64,000 nucleotides of DNA from Candidatus Yanofskybacteria bacterium. Lineage in GTDB: Bacteria; Patescibacteriota; Minisyncoccia; JACQLN01. The notes under the pieces were generated by a model. That model did not search any database, was not told the origin of the DNA, and worked only from the letters and a program-made list of their open reading frames with translations. The position numbers and the translations under genes were made by a program. The DNA lies in assembly GCA_943359335.1 (NCBI GenBank), contig CALRHC010000001.1, positions 22,466 through 86,465 of the forward strand, read 5' to 3'. Positions 43,993 through 53,532 of the stretch are shown here, one piece after another (positions within the stretch are counted from its first letter, which is position 1; each line of letters starts with the position of its first letter).

Positions 43993-46866
43993 TTAGGAAA
44001 TTAACTTCCTTAGTTCGCAATATTCACAGTCTTTTTCACCGCAGAATTTATTCCAGAACTTTAAATTTAAAATTTCATCGGTACATTTTACGATAGTTTC
44101 TTTTAGCTCTTTGGTATGTTCGTTAGAAATTTCAAAAACCTCTCTTTTAAATCTGTTTTTATCGTCAGGCTCGGTAAAATCAATTGCACCTGCCATCATA
44201 TTATATTTTTTATTTGGCAATGAATCTAAAAGTAATTTGTAAAAAACCAATTGCCTAAAGTAATTACCGTCGGCGTTTTTTGTGTTGCCTAAAATTTCGT
44301 TACGGCTTTTGGCCGCACCTGTTTTGTAATCAACTACAGTTACAGCTGGGCTATTTGGTTTTAACTCAAGTCTATCTAGTTTTCCGCTTAGCTTAATTTC
44401 ATGTTTGCCTAAGTTTAAACTAACGCCTTTTATATTAAGCTCGTTAACTGTTTTTTGCGGTAAAGAGTCTTTATAAAAATTATAATAAGCCGTTAAACTT
44501 TCTATTCCTTTTTTAAGCAGGGCTTCGTGATCTTTCGGCATTAAAGGGTAATTTCGCAAATCTTCTATAAATTTTTCTATTATAAATTTATAAGTTATTT
44601 TTTTGTTTTTTTCTCTTTCGTCAAAGAATAACTGCAAAGCCTTGTGTTTGGCATTGCCGTAAATTAAATAATTAGCTTGGGCTTTAGGTATACGCAGTAA
44701 ATTGTTGTAGAAAAAATTCCAAGGGCAATCTAAGTAGTTGTTTAGAGAAGTAGGCGAGAAGCCGCGGTGTAAAAAGAGATCAATCACAAAAGATTTTTCA
44801 TTTATTTTTGGTTTTTCGTTATTAGAAGTTGAAACTAAAACAATCTTTTTAATTTCCGAGTTTGGTTTAGCAACAATTTCTTCTTTTAAAGATGGGTTAA
44901 TTTCGTTTATAAATTGGCTAGGGACTTGTTCTTTGCCATCGAACGAAGTTGTTGAGTAGGTAATAAAAGCTTCTTTTTTGGCGCGAGTTATGGCCATATA
45001 GAATAATCTGCGCTCGTCCTCGTTTTTTTCTATTTTACTAGCATCAAAGCTGGTTTTAATTGGTAGTTTAATATGGCTCATGTTTCGTTTATTGCCCCAG
45101 TGGCCGTTGTAGGCGCCAATAATAAAAACATAATCAAATTCTAAGCCTTTGGCTCGATGGGCTGTCATAAGCCGAATATTTTCCGGCAGGGTTTTTGTTT
45201 TAATTTGTATAGGTAGGTTGTGTTCTTTTAAAATTTCTAAATGGTTTATGTAATCTGGTAAAGAGAAGTTATGGTTAGCAAAATTTATTTTTTTAACTTC
45301 ACTAAAAAGAGTATGAAGCTTATTTAGTTTATCGTTGTAATTTTGCCCCGCTAGTAAATTTTTTAAATAACCAGATTCATTTATTACTTTTTCGAAAAAC
45401 TTAACAAATATATTGTTATGGCTATATTTTTTCCACTCGCCGATCTTTTTAAATAAATTAGAAACAGTAGGCGAACTATTAGGATTTTTTGATTCTATGG
45501 TTTGGAAAGTTTCAAGTGGATTAATATTTAAAAAATCTAAATGAAGTGCTGGGGCTAAAAACTCTAACGAGGGAAAGTTTTCTATAGCCTTAAAAAGTAT
45601 ATTTAATTTTTTAATATCTATGTCTTCTAGAATATTTTCATCGGATTCTACACCATGAGTTATATTTTGTTTGGTTAAAAAATCAGATAAAGAAAAAGCA
45701 TCTTTGTTTTCTCTGTATAAAATGGCAATTTTATGCGCCTCAACTTTTTGTTTTAGTAATTCTTTTATTTTTTGAGTTATAAAAAGATATTCAGATTCTG
45801 GAGATTCAAAAGAAATAACTTTAATATTGCTACCAGTGGTTTTTTGGTTTGCTTTCAATTGTACTGCAGCAAGTATGGTTTGGTTTTTTTCTATTAAACT
45901 ATGCGAAGCATCTAATATTTTTTGAGTAGAACGATAGTTTTGTTTAAGCTCTACTAATTTGGCTTTTTTAAATTTTTCTTTAAAATATAAAAAGTTTTCC
46001 AAACTAGCACCTTGAAACCTATATATAGCTTGTTTTTCGTCGCCTACAACGAACAGGTTTGGGTTTGTATCATAACTAGTTAAAAGTTCTAAAGCTTTGT
46101 TTTGGGCGCCGTTTGTATCTTGGTGTTCGTCTACTAATATGTACTGGTACTTTTCCTGAAGATCTAACAAAAAATCTTTATTCTTTTTAAGTGAATCTAT
46201 GGTTTCTAAAATCATATCTTCAAAGTCGTATAATTTTTTCTTTGAAAGTTCGTCTTGGTATTTTTTATAAACCAAAGATAATTCCTTTAAACGTTCAGTG
46301 TTCTTTTCCTCTTTAATATCTTCGGTGTTTATTTTTGAAGTTATATTTTTAAATTCTAAAGGATTAATACCTTCGCTTTTTAGTTGGCGGATATTTTTTA
46401 AAATTTCGGTAACATAATAATATTTATTGCCGAATGGTTTTAAGTTTTTAAAATTATTTTCGTCTATAATTTTTCTAACAATTTGAATTTGATCTACTTG
46501 GTTGGCATTATTGGAACCAATTATTTTTGGAAAATTTTCTGGGTAGTCTTGAATAATTTTGTTACAAAAGCCATGGAAGGTATGGATATTAATATAGTAG
46601 CTAGGCGTCCCTATCAAACTAGTCAAACGTCGCCTCATATTAGCAGTGGCGGATTCAGTAAATGTTAAAGCTAAAATATTTTCTGGGTTGGTATCGGTTT
46701 TGTTTAAGATATTAGCAATGCGCAAAGTTAAAATTTGAGTTTTACCTGTGCCAGGCCCAGCAATAACCATAACCGGGCCATCTATAGTTTCCACCGCTTG
46801 GCGCTGTTCGGGGTTTAAAGAAGTTAATTCTTTTTTGAATTTAGAGATGTCCATATTGGTTACCAT
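43993..46866 (-). CDS. UvrD/PcrA-type SF1 helicase fused to a C-terminal RecB/Cas4-like PD-(D/E)xK nuclease with Fe-S Cys cluster
   Basis: Walker A AGPGTGKTQ, UvrD motifs; C-terminus CPWNFF...DRLELK...VVDYKTG...CGEKDCEYC (4-Cys cluster plus DYK nuclease motif). Confidence 0.75.
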   Translation of the reverse strand: MVTNMDISKFKKELTSLNPEQRQAVETIDGPVMVIAGPGTGKTQILTLRIANILNKTDTNPENILALTFTESATANMRRRLTSLIGTPSYYINIHTFHGFCNKIIQDYPENFPKIIGSNNANQVDQIQIVRKIIDENNFKNLKPFGNKYYYVTEILKNIRQLKSEGINPLEFKNITSKINTEDIKEEKNTERLKELSLVYKKYQDELSKKKLYDFEDMILETIDSLKKNKDFLLDLQEKYQYILVDEHQDTNGAQNKALELLTSYDTNPNLFVVGDEKQAIYRFQGASLENFLYFKEKFKKAKLVELKQNYRSTQKILDASHSLIEKNQTILAAVQLKANQKTTGSNIKVISFESPESEYLFITQKIKELLKQKVEAHKIAILYRENKDAFSLSDFLTKQNITHGVESDENILEDIDIKKLNILFKAIENFPSLEFLAPALHLDFLNINPLETFQTIESKNPNSSPTVSNLFKKIGEWKKYSHNNIFVKFFEKVINESGYLKNLLAGQNYNDKLNKLHTLFSEVKKINFANHNFSLPDYINHLEILKEHNLPIQIKTKTLPENIRLMTAHRAKGLEFDYVFIIGAYNGHWGNKRNMSHIKLPIKTSFDASKIEKNEDERRLFYMAITRAKKEAFITYSTTSFDGKEQVPSQFINEINPSLKEEIVAKPNSEIKKIVLVSTSNNEKPKINEKSFVIDLFLHRGFSPTSLNNYLDCPWNFFYNNLLRIPKAQANYLIYGNAKHKALQLFFDEREKNKKITYKFIIEKFIEDLRNYPLMPKDHEALLKKGIESLTAYYNFYKDSLPQKTVNELNIKGVSLNLGKHEIKLSGKLDRLELKPNSPAVTVVDYKTGAAKSRNEILGNTKNADGNYFRQLVFYKLLLDSLPNKKYNMMAGAIDFTEPDDKNRFKREVFEISNEHTKELKETIVKCTDEILNLKFWNKFCGEKDCEYCELRKLIS
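44006..44065. repeat. direct repeat DR2 (authentic 3' coding end of the helicase-nuclease gene), partner of DR1
   Basis: See DR1; the two copies bracket the 43510..43992 toxin-antitoxin cassette and its promoter. Confidence 0.7.
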
Positions 46867-46901
46867 TTAATCATTTTTAGATGTTTGCTACAATCTAATT
46901 A

Positions 46902-47471
46902 ATGAATTCTAAAACCATAATTGTTTTAGGTAGGTCGGGGTCGGGTAAAGGTACACAGGTTGAGCTTTTAAAAAAACTTATAGAACCTTGTCTTTATATT
47001 TACGCCGGCGATCTTTTTCGTGAACTTTCTGAATTCGATACAGTGGCTGGCAAAAAAATAAAAGCCGATTTAGCAACTGGTGGTTTACCACCAGAATGGA
47101 TCGCCGCTTTTTTGTGGCAAAAAGAACTAGTTTATGGTGTTCATGGGCTAGAAAATATTATTATTGATGGTTCACCTCGCCGTTTAGACGAAGCCAAAGA
47201 AATAGACAAAGTTTTAAGTTGGCTAGGTAGAACCGATATTAAAGTTATTTTAATAGATATTACAGAAGATGAAGCTGTTAAGCGTTTGCTTAAACGTGGC
47301 CGCGCCGATGACACCGAAGAATCAATTCGCTCGCGTTTAAGTTGGTTTAATACAGATGCTATGCCTGCGATTGAATATTACGAAAAATCGAATAGGTTGA
47401 TTAAAGTTGATGGTATGGGTAGTATAGACGAAATCCATGAGCGTATAAAAACAGCTCTAGAAATTGAATGA
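46902..47471 (+). CDS. adk: adenylate kinase-like nucleoside monophosphate kinase
   Basis: P-loop LGRSGSGKGTQ, NMP-binding and LID-less short form (189 aa). Confidence 0.7.
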   Translation: MNSKTIIVLGRSGSGKGTQVELLKKLIEPCLYIYAGDLFRELSEFDTVAGKKIKADLATGGLPPEWIAAFLWQKELVYGVHGLENIIIDGSPRRLDEAKEIDKVLSWLGRTDIKVILIDITEDEAVKRLLKRGRADDTEESIRSRLSWFNTDAMPAIEYYEKSNRLIKVDGMGSIDEIHERIKTALEIE

Positions 47472-48229
47472 TAGCCATAAAGACACCAGAAGAAATAGAA
47501 ATCATGCGCCAAGGAGGAAAAATCCTGGCGCGTGTTTTACAGGAGCTCGCTTTAGAAGTAAAGGTGGGCGTTAGTTTGAATTACCTAGACGATTTAGCCG
47601 AAAAACTTGTTTTAGGTTATGGAGCTAAGCCTTCTTTTAAAGGTTATAAACCCGCTGGAGCTAAGAAAGCTTATCCGGCTACTTTGTGTGCTTCGTTAAA
47701 CTACGAAGTTGTTCATGGTGTGCCCGACGATAGAGTTTTAAAAAATGGAGATATTATTAGTTTAGATTTGGGAGTTTTTTATAATGGTTATCATACAGAT
47801 AGCGCTGTAACTTTTGGTGTGGGCGAAATTTCTGAAAAAGCTACGCAACTTTTATTGGTAACCGAAGGTGATTTGGATTTAGCTATAACTTTAATAAAAC
47901 CAAATGTTTATTGGGGTGATATCGCTTACGAAATGCAGCGTCATGTGGAGGCTGCAAGATTTTCCGTGGTAAAAGATTTAACGGGGCATGGTGTTGGAAA
48001 AAATTTACAAGAAGAACCGTTTTTGCCTAATTACGGCAGTAAAGGCGACGAACCAATGTTAAAAGAAGGAATGGTTATTGCAATTGAACCTATGGTGGCT
48101 GTTGGTAAATCTGCGGTAGAATTAGGTTTGGATGGTTTTGTGTATCAAACAAAAGATAAAAGTTTAGCTGCACACTTTGAACATACAATTGTTGTTACCA
48201 AAAAGGGTGCCGAGGTTTTAACGAAATAA
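47468..48229 (+). CDS. map: methionine aminopeptidase type I
   Basis: pita-bread fold metal ligands (D..D..H..E..E context: VHGVPDD, DLGVFYNGYHTDSA, HGVGK, IAIEPM). Confidence 0.85.
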   Translation: MIAIKTPEEIEIMRQGGKILARVLQELALEVKVGVSLNYLDDLAEKLVLGYGAKPSFKGYKPAGAKKAYPATLCASLNYEVVHGVPDDRVLKNGDIISLDLGVFYNGYHTDSAVTFGVGEISEKATQLLLVTEGDLDLAITLIKPNVYWGDIAYEMQRHVEAARFSVVKDLTGHGVGKNLQEEPFLPNYGSKGDEPMLKEGMVIAIEPMVAVGKSAVELGLDGFVYQTKDKSLAAHFEHTIVVTKKGAEVLTK

Positions 48230-48240
48230 TATTAGTCCTT

Positions 48241-48798
48241 ATGACTTTAGATATCGGTTTAGGTATTTTATTTTCGATTTTAGTTTCTAAAATATTCAAT
48301 ATAGAATTAACGCCACAACTTATAATGATTGGTGCTGGTTTTTCTTTGTTGCCAGATTTAGATGTTTTTGTAGAATTAGCAAAGCGAGGACGAATAGGTG
48401 GTAGGGTTCAAGGGCATCATCGCGAATTAACACATTTTCCTTTAACTTTTTTGATAGTTGCTGTACTAGTTTATATATATTTTGGAGGGGTTTGGTTTTC
48501 TCTTTTTTCTTTAACTATTTTGGCTCATTTTCTACACGATAGTTTCGGAATGGGTTGGGGGATACAATGGTTATGGCCTTTTACTAATAGGGCTTACAAA
48601 TTTTTTTCTAATAAAGACGGCAGCTTTTCGAAAAACTTTATTGTTTCTTGGAAACCCAATGAATTAAAAGAGACAATAAAAAAATATGGAGATGATCATT
48701 GGCTTAGGAATTACTATTTAAAATTGCACCCAATAGCCATTTTCGAATTTTTGTTTTTGGTTTTTTCTCTAATAGTGCTATATATAAGTTTACAATGA
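48241..48798 (+). CDS. membrane-bound metal-dependent hydrolase, YdjM/DUF457-like
   Basis: 5 TM; His-rich motifs HHRELTHFPL and HFLHDSFGMGWGIQWLWPF. Confidence 0.5.
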   Translation: MTLDIGLGILFSILVSKIFNIELTPQLIMIGAGFSLLPDLDVFVELAKRGRIGGRVQGHHRELTHFPLTFLIVAVLVYIYFGGVWFSLFSLTILAHFLHDSFGMGWGIQWLWPFTNRAYKFFSNKDGSFSKNFIVSWKPNELKETIKKYGDDHWLRNYYLKLHPIAIFEFLFLVFSLIVLYISLQ

Positions 48799-49166
48799 TT
48801 TACTTAGGAATTGATTACGGCGAAAAGAGAATAGGTTTGGCTAAGGGTGATAGTTTATTGAAAATAGCCACACCTTTAAAAACTATTTTAAATGGTGAAG
48901 GTGTTTTAAATGAACTCGCGCACATTGTTAATACAGAAGTTGTAGAAAAGATAATTGTAGGCATACCCGTAAGTTTTAATGGCGAAGTAAACGAATTTGC
49001 TGAAAAGATAATAGAATTTTCCGAAGATTTGGAAGCCAGAACCGATATTCCAGTTGAAACTATCAATGAAATTTTTTCTTCTAAAATGGCTGGTCAAAAT
49101 TCTACTAAAATAGATGAATCTTCCGCGGCCTTAATTTTGCAAACATACCTTGACAAAAGGGTATAA
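48795..49166 (+). CDS. ruvX: Holliday-junction resolvase-like nuclease RuvX/YqgF
   Basis: MIYLGIDYGEKRIGLAKGD N-terminal RNase H-like motif, 123 aa. Confidence 0.75.
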   Translation: MIYLGIDYGEKRIGLAKGDSLLKIATPLKTILNGEGVLNELAHIVNTEVVEKIIVGIPVSFNGEVNEFAEKIIEFSEDLEARTDIPVETINEIFSSKMAGQNSTKIDESSAALILQTYLDKRV

Positions 49167-49401
49167 ATTTTGTAAGTTATTGTTTATAAATTTGTTCTTT
49201 TCACCATCAAATAGAAAGGATGGTTGGTTATGCTAGGTTTGCAAGAGATTGTGAGCTTTTTAACTCCGTCAAGTTGGAAGAGTTTCTTATACGGAGGTGT
49301 TGCTTGCCCAGTAATTTTATGTATATTTTTTGTTATAGTACTTCTTTGTTTTTGGGTGGTGGGCGATTTGCGGTCAAGGCGACGCGTAAGGAGAGGTTAA
49401 T

Positions 49402-49704
49402 ATGACAGAAAAAGTTCCTTTTAAATGTGCGGTTTGTGGAAACACAAGTTATGAATCAATAGGTCACTCTTCAAGAGAGTCTAGGGTGGGTATAGTAGGT
49501 ACTTTCAGAGCTGTAAATCTTTTCGCTTGTACAAGATGCACCAATGTTTTTACAGATCCAAAAAAATTCACTTCCATCATTGGTATAATGCCGCTCTTAA
49601 GCAATCAAGAAGAAGAGCTCGAGAGGGATATGGAGTTTATCGATAAAACTGGTGAAGAAATCCAAGCCTTAGGAGTAATAGGAGGAGAATCGGCGTTCCA
49701 TTAA
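49402..49704 (+). CDS. hypothetical zinc-ribbon protein (100 aa), strong SD AAGGAGAGG
   Basis: CAVCGN...CTRCTN four-Cys ribbon; terminator hairpin AAAACGGAGCCGTTTTT follows. Confidence 0.4.
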   Translation: MTEKVPFKCAVCGNTSYESIGHSSRESRVGIVGTFRAVNLFACTRCTNVFTDPKKFTSIIGIMPLLSNQEEELERDMEFIDKTGEEIQALGVIGGESAFH

Positions 49705-49814
49705 AAAACTCCGAGCTGAACGTCTATGTATATGTCGGCGATTACGGTTCCGTATAAAAACGGAGCCGTTTTTATTTGGCTTTAAATGTTGTAGAGTGAT
49801 AAAATTAAAATATT

Positions 49815-50552
49815 ATGAATCCCTATATCTCTGTCGTTATTCCTTCTTATAACGAGGAAAAAAGAATAGCTAAAACCTTGCAAAGGTTTAAAGAATATTT
49901 ATCGGTTCAAGATTACACTTACGAAGTTTTGGTTGTAGTGGATGGTGCTCGCGATAATACCGCCGAAGTTGCCGAAAAATTTAGTTTAGATTGGACGCAA
50001 TTAAAAGTTGTTAATAATAAACAAAATCATGGTAAAGGTTTTGTGGTTAAGCAGGGAATGCTAGAAGCTAAGGGCGAATATAGAGTTTTTACCGATGCCG
50101 ATAACTCTACCGATATTAAACATTTGGAAAAAATGATTCCAAAGTTTAAAGAAGGTTTTAAAGTTGTTATTGGTTCACGCGATTATAAAGATGCGATTGG
50201 TGCTAAACAGGCAATTCCACAATCTGGTTTTAAACGTTTACTGGGTAATATGGGTAATATTTTTATTCAAGTTGTGGCAGTTTTTGGTATATGGGATACC
50301 CAAGCTGGTTTTAAGGGTTTTTCGGCTGAGGCCGCAGAGAAAATATTTTCTAAGGCAACAATTGAACGCTGGGGTTTCGACATCGAGGTTTTGGCCCTTG
50401 CCCGCAAGTTTGGTTATAAAATTGCAAAAATTCCTTTGTATTGGGAAAACGATACAGAGAGTCATGTAAAGTTATCTAGTTATTTGGGTGTTTTACGTGA
50501 CACTGTGAAAGTAAGGATTAACTTATGGAGTGGAAAATATAATGCAAAATAA
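49815..50552 (+). CDS. family-2 glycosyltransferase (dolichyl/polyprenyl-phosphate sugar synthase-like)
   Basis: VVIPSYNEE, VVVDGARDNT (DxD-like), QAGFKGF motifs. Confidence 0.75.
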   Translation: MNPYISVVIPSYNEEKRIAKTLQRFKEYLSVQDYTYEVLVVVDGARDNTAEVAEKFSLDWTQLKVVNNKQNHGKGFVVKQGMLEAKGEYRVFTDADNSTDIKHLEKMIPKFKEGFKVVIGSRDYKDAIGAKQAIPQSGFKRLLGNMGNIFIQVVAVFGIWDTQAGFKGFSAEAAEKIFSKATIERWGFDIEVLALARKFGYKIAKIPLYWENDTESHVKLSSYLGVLRDTVKVRINLWSGKYNAK

Positions 50553-51537
50553 AAAAGATATTTCAGAACTTCGCCAAGATCCAGTTAGCCGTGATTGGAT
50601 TATAATTTCTTCTGGCAGATCTAAAAAGCCGGATTTTTTTGGGTCGAACAAAAATCTCCACGAAGAAACGCCCATTAATCTTTGTCCTTTCGAAGACCCC
50701 AAAGCTCACGGTAATGAAATTGTAAAAAATTATTCATCGGGTATAAAAGTGGTTAATAATAAATTTCCCATAATAAGGGGCGAGGTTTGTAATTCAGAAA
50801 AAAGATATGGTCCGTATTTAATAAAAGATTCAGCAGGTTATCATGAAGTTGTAATTTTTAAAGATCATAAAAAAGGTATAGCCGAATTAGATAGCGAAAG
50901 CGTTTGGCAAATTGTTTCGGCTTATCACGATAGATATAACAATCTTAAAAATAAAGAATGCGCTAATTATATTTTAATAATTCATAATCATGGACGTGAG
51001 GCTGGGGCTTCGGTTTCTCATCCGCATTCCCAAATATTAGCCATACCTTTTATACCGTCGGATATTAGCCGGAGTTTATCTGGTTCGGCTATATATAAGA
51101 TGGAAAGAAAGCGTTGCGTCCATTGCGATATTATAGAATGGGAACTTAAAGAACAAAAAAGAGTAATATTCGAAAATGATAGTTTTGTAGCGTTGGTGCC
51201 TTATGTACCAAGATTTTCGTACGAAATAAGAATTTTTCCTAAAAAACATCAAGTCTTTTTTGAAGAAGCGGATAATTTAGAATTAAAAGATTTTGCCGAA
51301 GCCTTAAGAGTTTCTTTAGCCAAGATTTTTCATGGCTTAAATAATCCTGCCTATAATTTTTTTATACATACTCCGTCCACCGATGCCGAACATGATTACG
51401 GTTTTTACCATTGGCATTTAGAAATAAACCCAAGATTAGGCGTTTGGGGCGGTTTTGAATTAGGTACGGGCGGTGAAGTTATAAATACTGACCCAGATGA
51501 AGCAGCGGAATACCTTAGGAGGGTGAATTACGAATAA
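50530..51537 (+). CDS. galactose-1-phosphate uridylyltransferase-family (HIT-like) nucleotidyltransferase
   Basis: HIT-type HPHSQ active-site motif (SVSHPHSQILAIPF) and second-half YHWHLEI; overlaps upstream gene by 23 nt. Confidence 0.55.
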   Translation: MENIMQNKKDISELRQDPVSRDWIIISSGRSKKPDFFGSNKNLHEETPINLCPFEDPKAHGNEIVKNYSSGIKVVNNKFPIIRGEVCNSEKRYGPYLIKDSAGYHEVVIFKDHKKGIAELDSESVWQIVSAYHDRYNNLKNKECANYILIIHNHGREAGASVSHPHSQILAIPFIPSDISRSLSGSAIYKMERKRCVHCDIIEWELKEQKRVIFENDSFVALVPYVPRFSYEIRIFPKKHQVFFEEADNLELKDFAEALRVSLAKIFHGLNNPAYNFFIHTPSTDAEHDYGFYHWHLEINPRLGVWGGFELGTGGEVINTDPDEAAEYLRRVNYE

Positions 51538-51602
51538 AGAATTAAGAATTATGATAAGAAAGTTTTTTCTTAATTCATAATTCCTGATTCATAATTCTTT
51601 TT

Positions 51603-52340
51603 ATGAAACTTATTATTGCCAATTGGAAATTAAATCCAACGACATTAAACGAGGCTATTGCTTTAGTTTCTGGTTTAGCTCATTTAATGAAAGTAGAAGA
51701 ATTTGAAAGGATTGTTATTTTGCCGCCATTTATTTTTTTAGAAGAATTAGTAAAACGTTTTAAGCATTTTAAATGGGGAGCCCAAAATGTTTTTTGGGAA
51801 AAGATAGGCGCTTATACCGGTGAAGTTTCTTTGCCGATGCTAAAGGGCGTTGGCGCGGAATGGGTTTTAGTGGGTCATTCCGAGCGTCGTTTAATTTTTG
51901 GTGAAACCGATGAAGATATTAATAAAAAAATGAATACAGCTTTAGAAGCTGGTTTTAATGTAATAGTTGCTGTAGGCGAACTTCAGAAAGATGATCACTC
52001 GGATGAAGTTATAAAAAGTTTTAAAAAAAGTATTACGGGCGCTGATAAATCAAAATTAGAAAAATTAATTGTGGCTTACGAACCTGTATGGGCTATAAGT
52101 ACTACACCCAATGCTAAGCCAGATAACCCAGCGCGGTCTAACCAAATAATAGGGGAACTTAAACATACTGCATTTAAAATGTTTGGCGAAGATTCTAAAA
52201 AGATAAAGTTTTTGTATGGCGGTTCGGTTAATGCAGAAAATGCAAGTAAGTTTTTAAGTGAACCATATATTGACGGCGCTTTGGTGGGTGGAGCTTCTTT
52301 AAAAAGTGATGAATTTTACGAAATAATAAAAAAATCATAA
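51603..52340 (+). CDS. tpiA: triosephosphate isomerase
   Basis: IANWKLN, VGHSERR, AYEPVWAIST, GGSV motifs. Confidence 0.9.
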   Translation: MKLIIANWKLNPTTLNEAIALVSGLAHLMKVEEFERIVILPPFIFLEELVKRFKHFKWGAQNVFWEKIGAYTGEVSLPMLKGVGAEWVLVGHSERRLIFGETDEDINKKMNTALEAGFNVIVAVGELQKDDHSDEVIKSFKKSITGADKSKLEKLIVAYEPVWAISTTPNAKPDNPARSNQIIGELKHTAFKMFGEDSKKIKFLYGGSVNAENASKFLSEPYIDGALVGGASLKSDEFYEIIKKS

Positions 52341-52343
52341 CCA

Positions 52344-53525
52344 ATGTTACCTAGTTTAAAAAAAATAACCGATCTAAATGGAAAAAAAGTTATTTTAAGA
52401 GCCGATGTTAATGTACCTATTGTTGATGGCGAAGTAGCAGTGGGGGCGGATTGGCGGATTCGCGCGATTTTGCCCACTTTAAATTATCTTTCCAATGCTG
52501 GAGCAAAAATAATAATAATTGCTCATTTAGGCAGACCAAAAGGGCATGATATGCATTTTAGTTTGTACCCAGTTTTTTCTAGGTTAAAAGAGCTGTGGCA
52601 CAAGGATAAAATATTTTTTAGTACTGAAGTTATTGGTAAGGAAACAGAAAATAAAATAGCTAAATTAAATGAAGGTGAGGTCTTAATGTTGGAAAATTTA
52701 AGGTTTCACAAAGAAGAAGAATCTAACGAAGAAAATTTTTCTAAAAAATTGGCTAGTTACGGCGAAATTTTTGTAAACGATGCTTTTGCCGCTTCGCATA
52801 GGGCACATGCCTCCATTGTGGGTTTGCCAAAATTTTTAAAATCTTACGCCGGTTTTCTTTTAGAGAAAGAGGTTTCTATTTTAGGAATGATTAGGGCTAA
52901 ACCTCGTCACCCGTTAGTTTTTATAATGGGTGGAGCCAAGGCTGATACAAAACTAAAATTGATTAAGGAATTTTTAAATAAATCCGAAGCAATTTTACTA
53001 GGCGGTATTTTAGCTAACACCGTTCTTAACGCTAAAGGTTTAAGCGTGGGCCAGTCTTTAGTAGAAGAAAAATTGTTAGCCGAGGCCAAAAGAATTAGTT
53101 CTGCTTCTAATAATTTATTTTTGCCAACAGATGTTTCTGTTACAGAATCTTTAGCCAGAGCTAAAAATATAGCTACAAGAAAAATAAAAGATGTTAAACC
53201 CGAAGAATTTGTGGTTGATATCGGGCCGGAAACAATTTTTTCTTTTAAAAAAATAATTAAAACAGCCAAGATGATTGTTTGGAATGGTCCGGTAGGCTAT
53301 GTTGAATTGCCCGATTTTAGAAAGGGTTCGTTAGAAATTGCTAAAGCCGTAGCCGAAAACAGTGGAGAGAAAATAATAGGTGGGGGAGACTTGATTGGTT
53401 TTTTAGCCGAAGAAGGTTTAACGGATAAAATGACATATATTTCCACAGGCGGAGGTGCGATGTTAGAATTTTTGGCAGGAGATGAACTGCCTGGGGTAAA
53501 AGTGTTAGAATCATGGAGTAAATAA
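52344..53525 (+). CDS. pgk: phosphoglycerate kinase
   Basis: ILRADVNVP, IAHLGRPKG, GGGA...FLAG C-terminal motifs. Confidence 0.9.
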   Translation: MLPSLKKITDLNGKKVILRADVNVPIVDGEVAVGADWRIRAILPTLNYLSNAGAKIIIIAHLGRPKGHDMHFSLYPVFSRLKELWHKDKIFFSTEVIGKETENKIAKLNEGEVLMLENLRFHKEEESNEENFSKKLASYGEIFVNDAFAASHRAHASIVGLPKFLKSYAGFLLEKEVSILGMIRAKPRHPLVFIMGGAKADTKLKLIKEFLNKSEAILLGGILANTVLNAKGLSVGQSLVEEKLLAEAKRISSASNNLFLPTDVSVTESLARAKNIATRKIKDVKPEEFVVDIGPETIFSFKKIIKTAKMIVWNGPVGYVELPDFRKGSLEIAKAVAENSGEKIIGGGDLIGFLAEEGLTDKMTYISTGGGAMLEFLAGDELPGVKVLESWSK

Positions 53526-53532
53526 AATTGAC

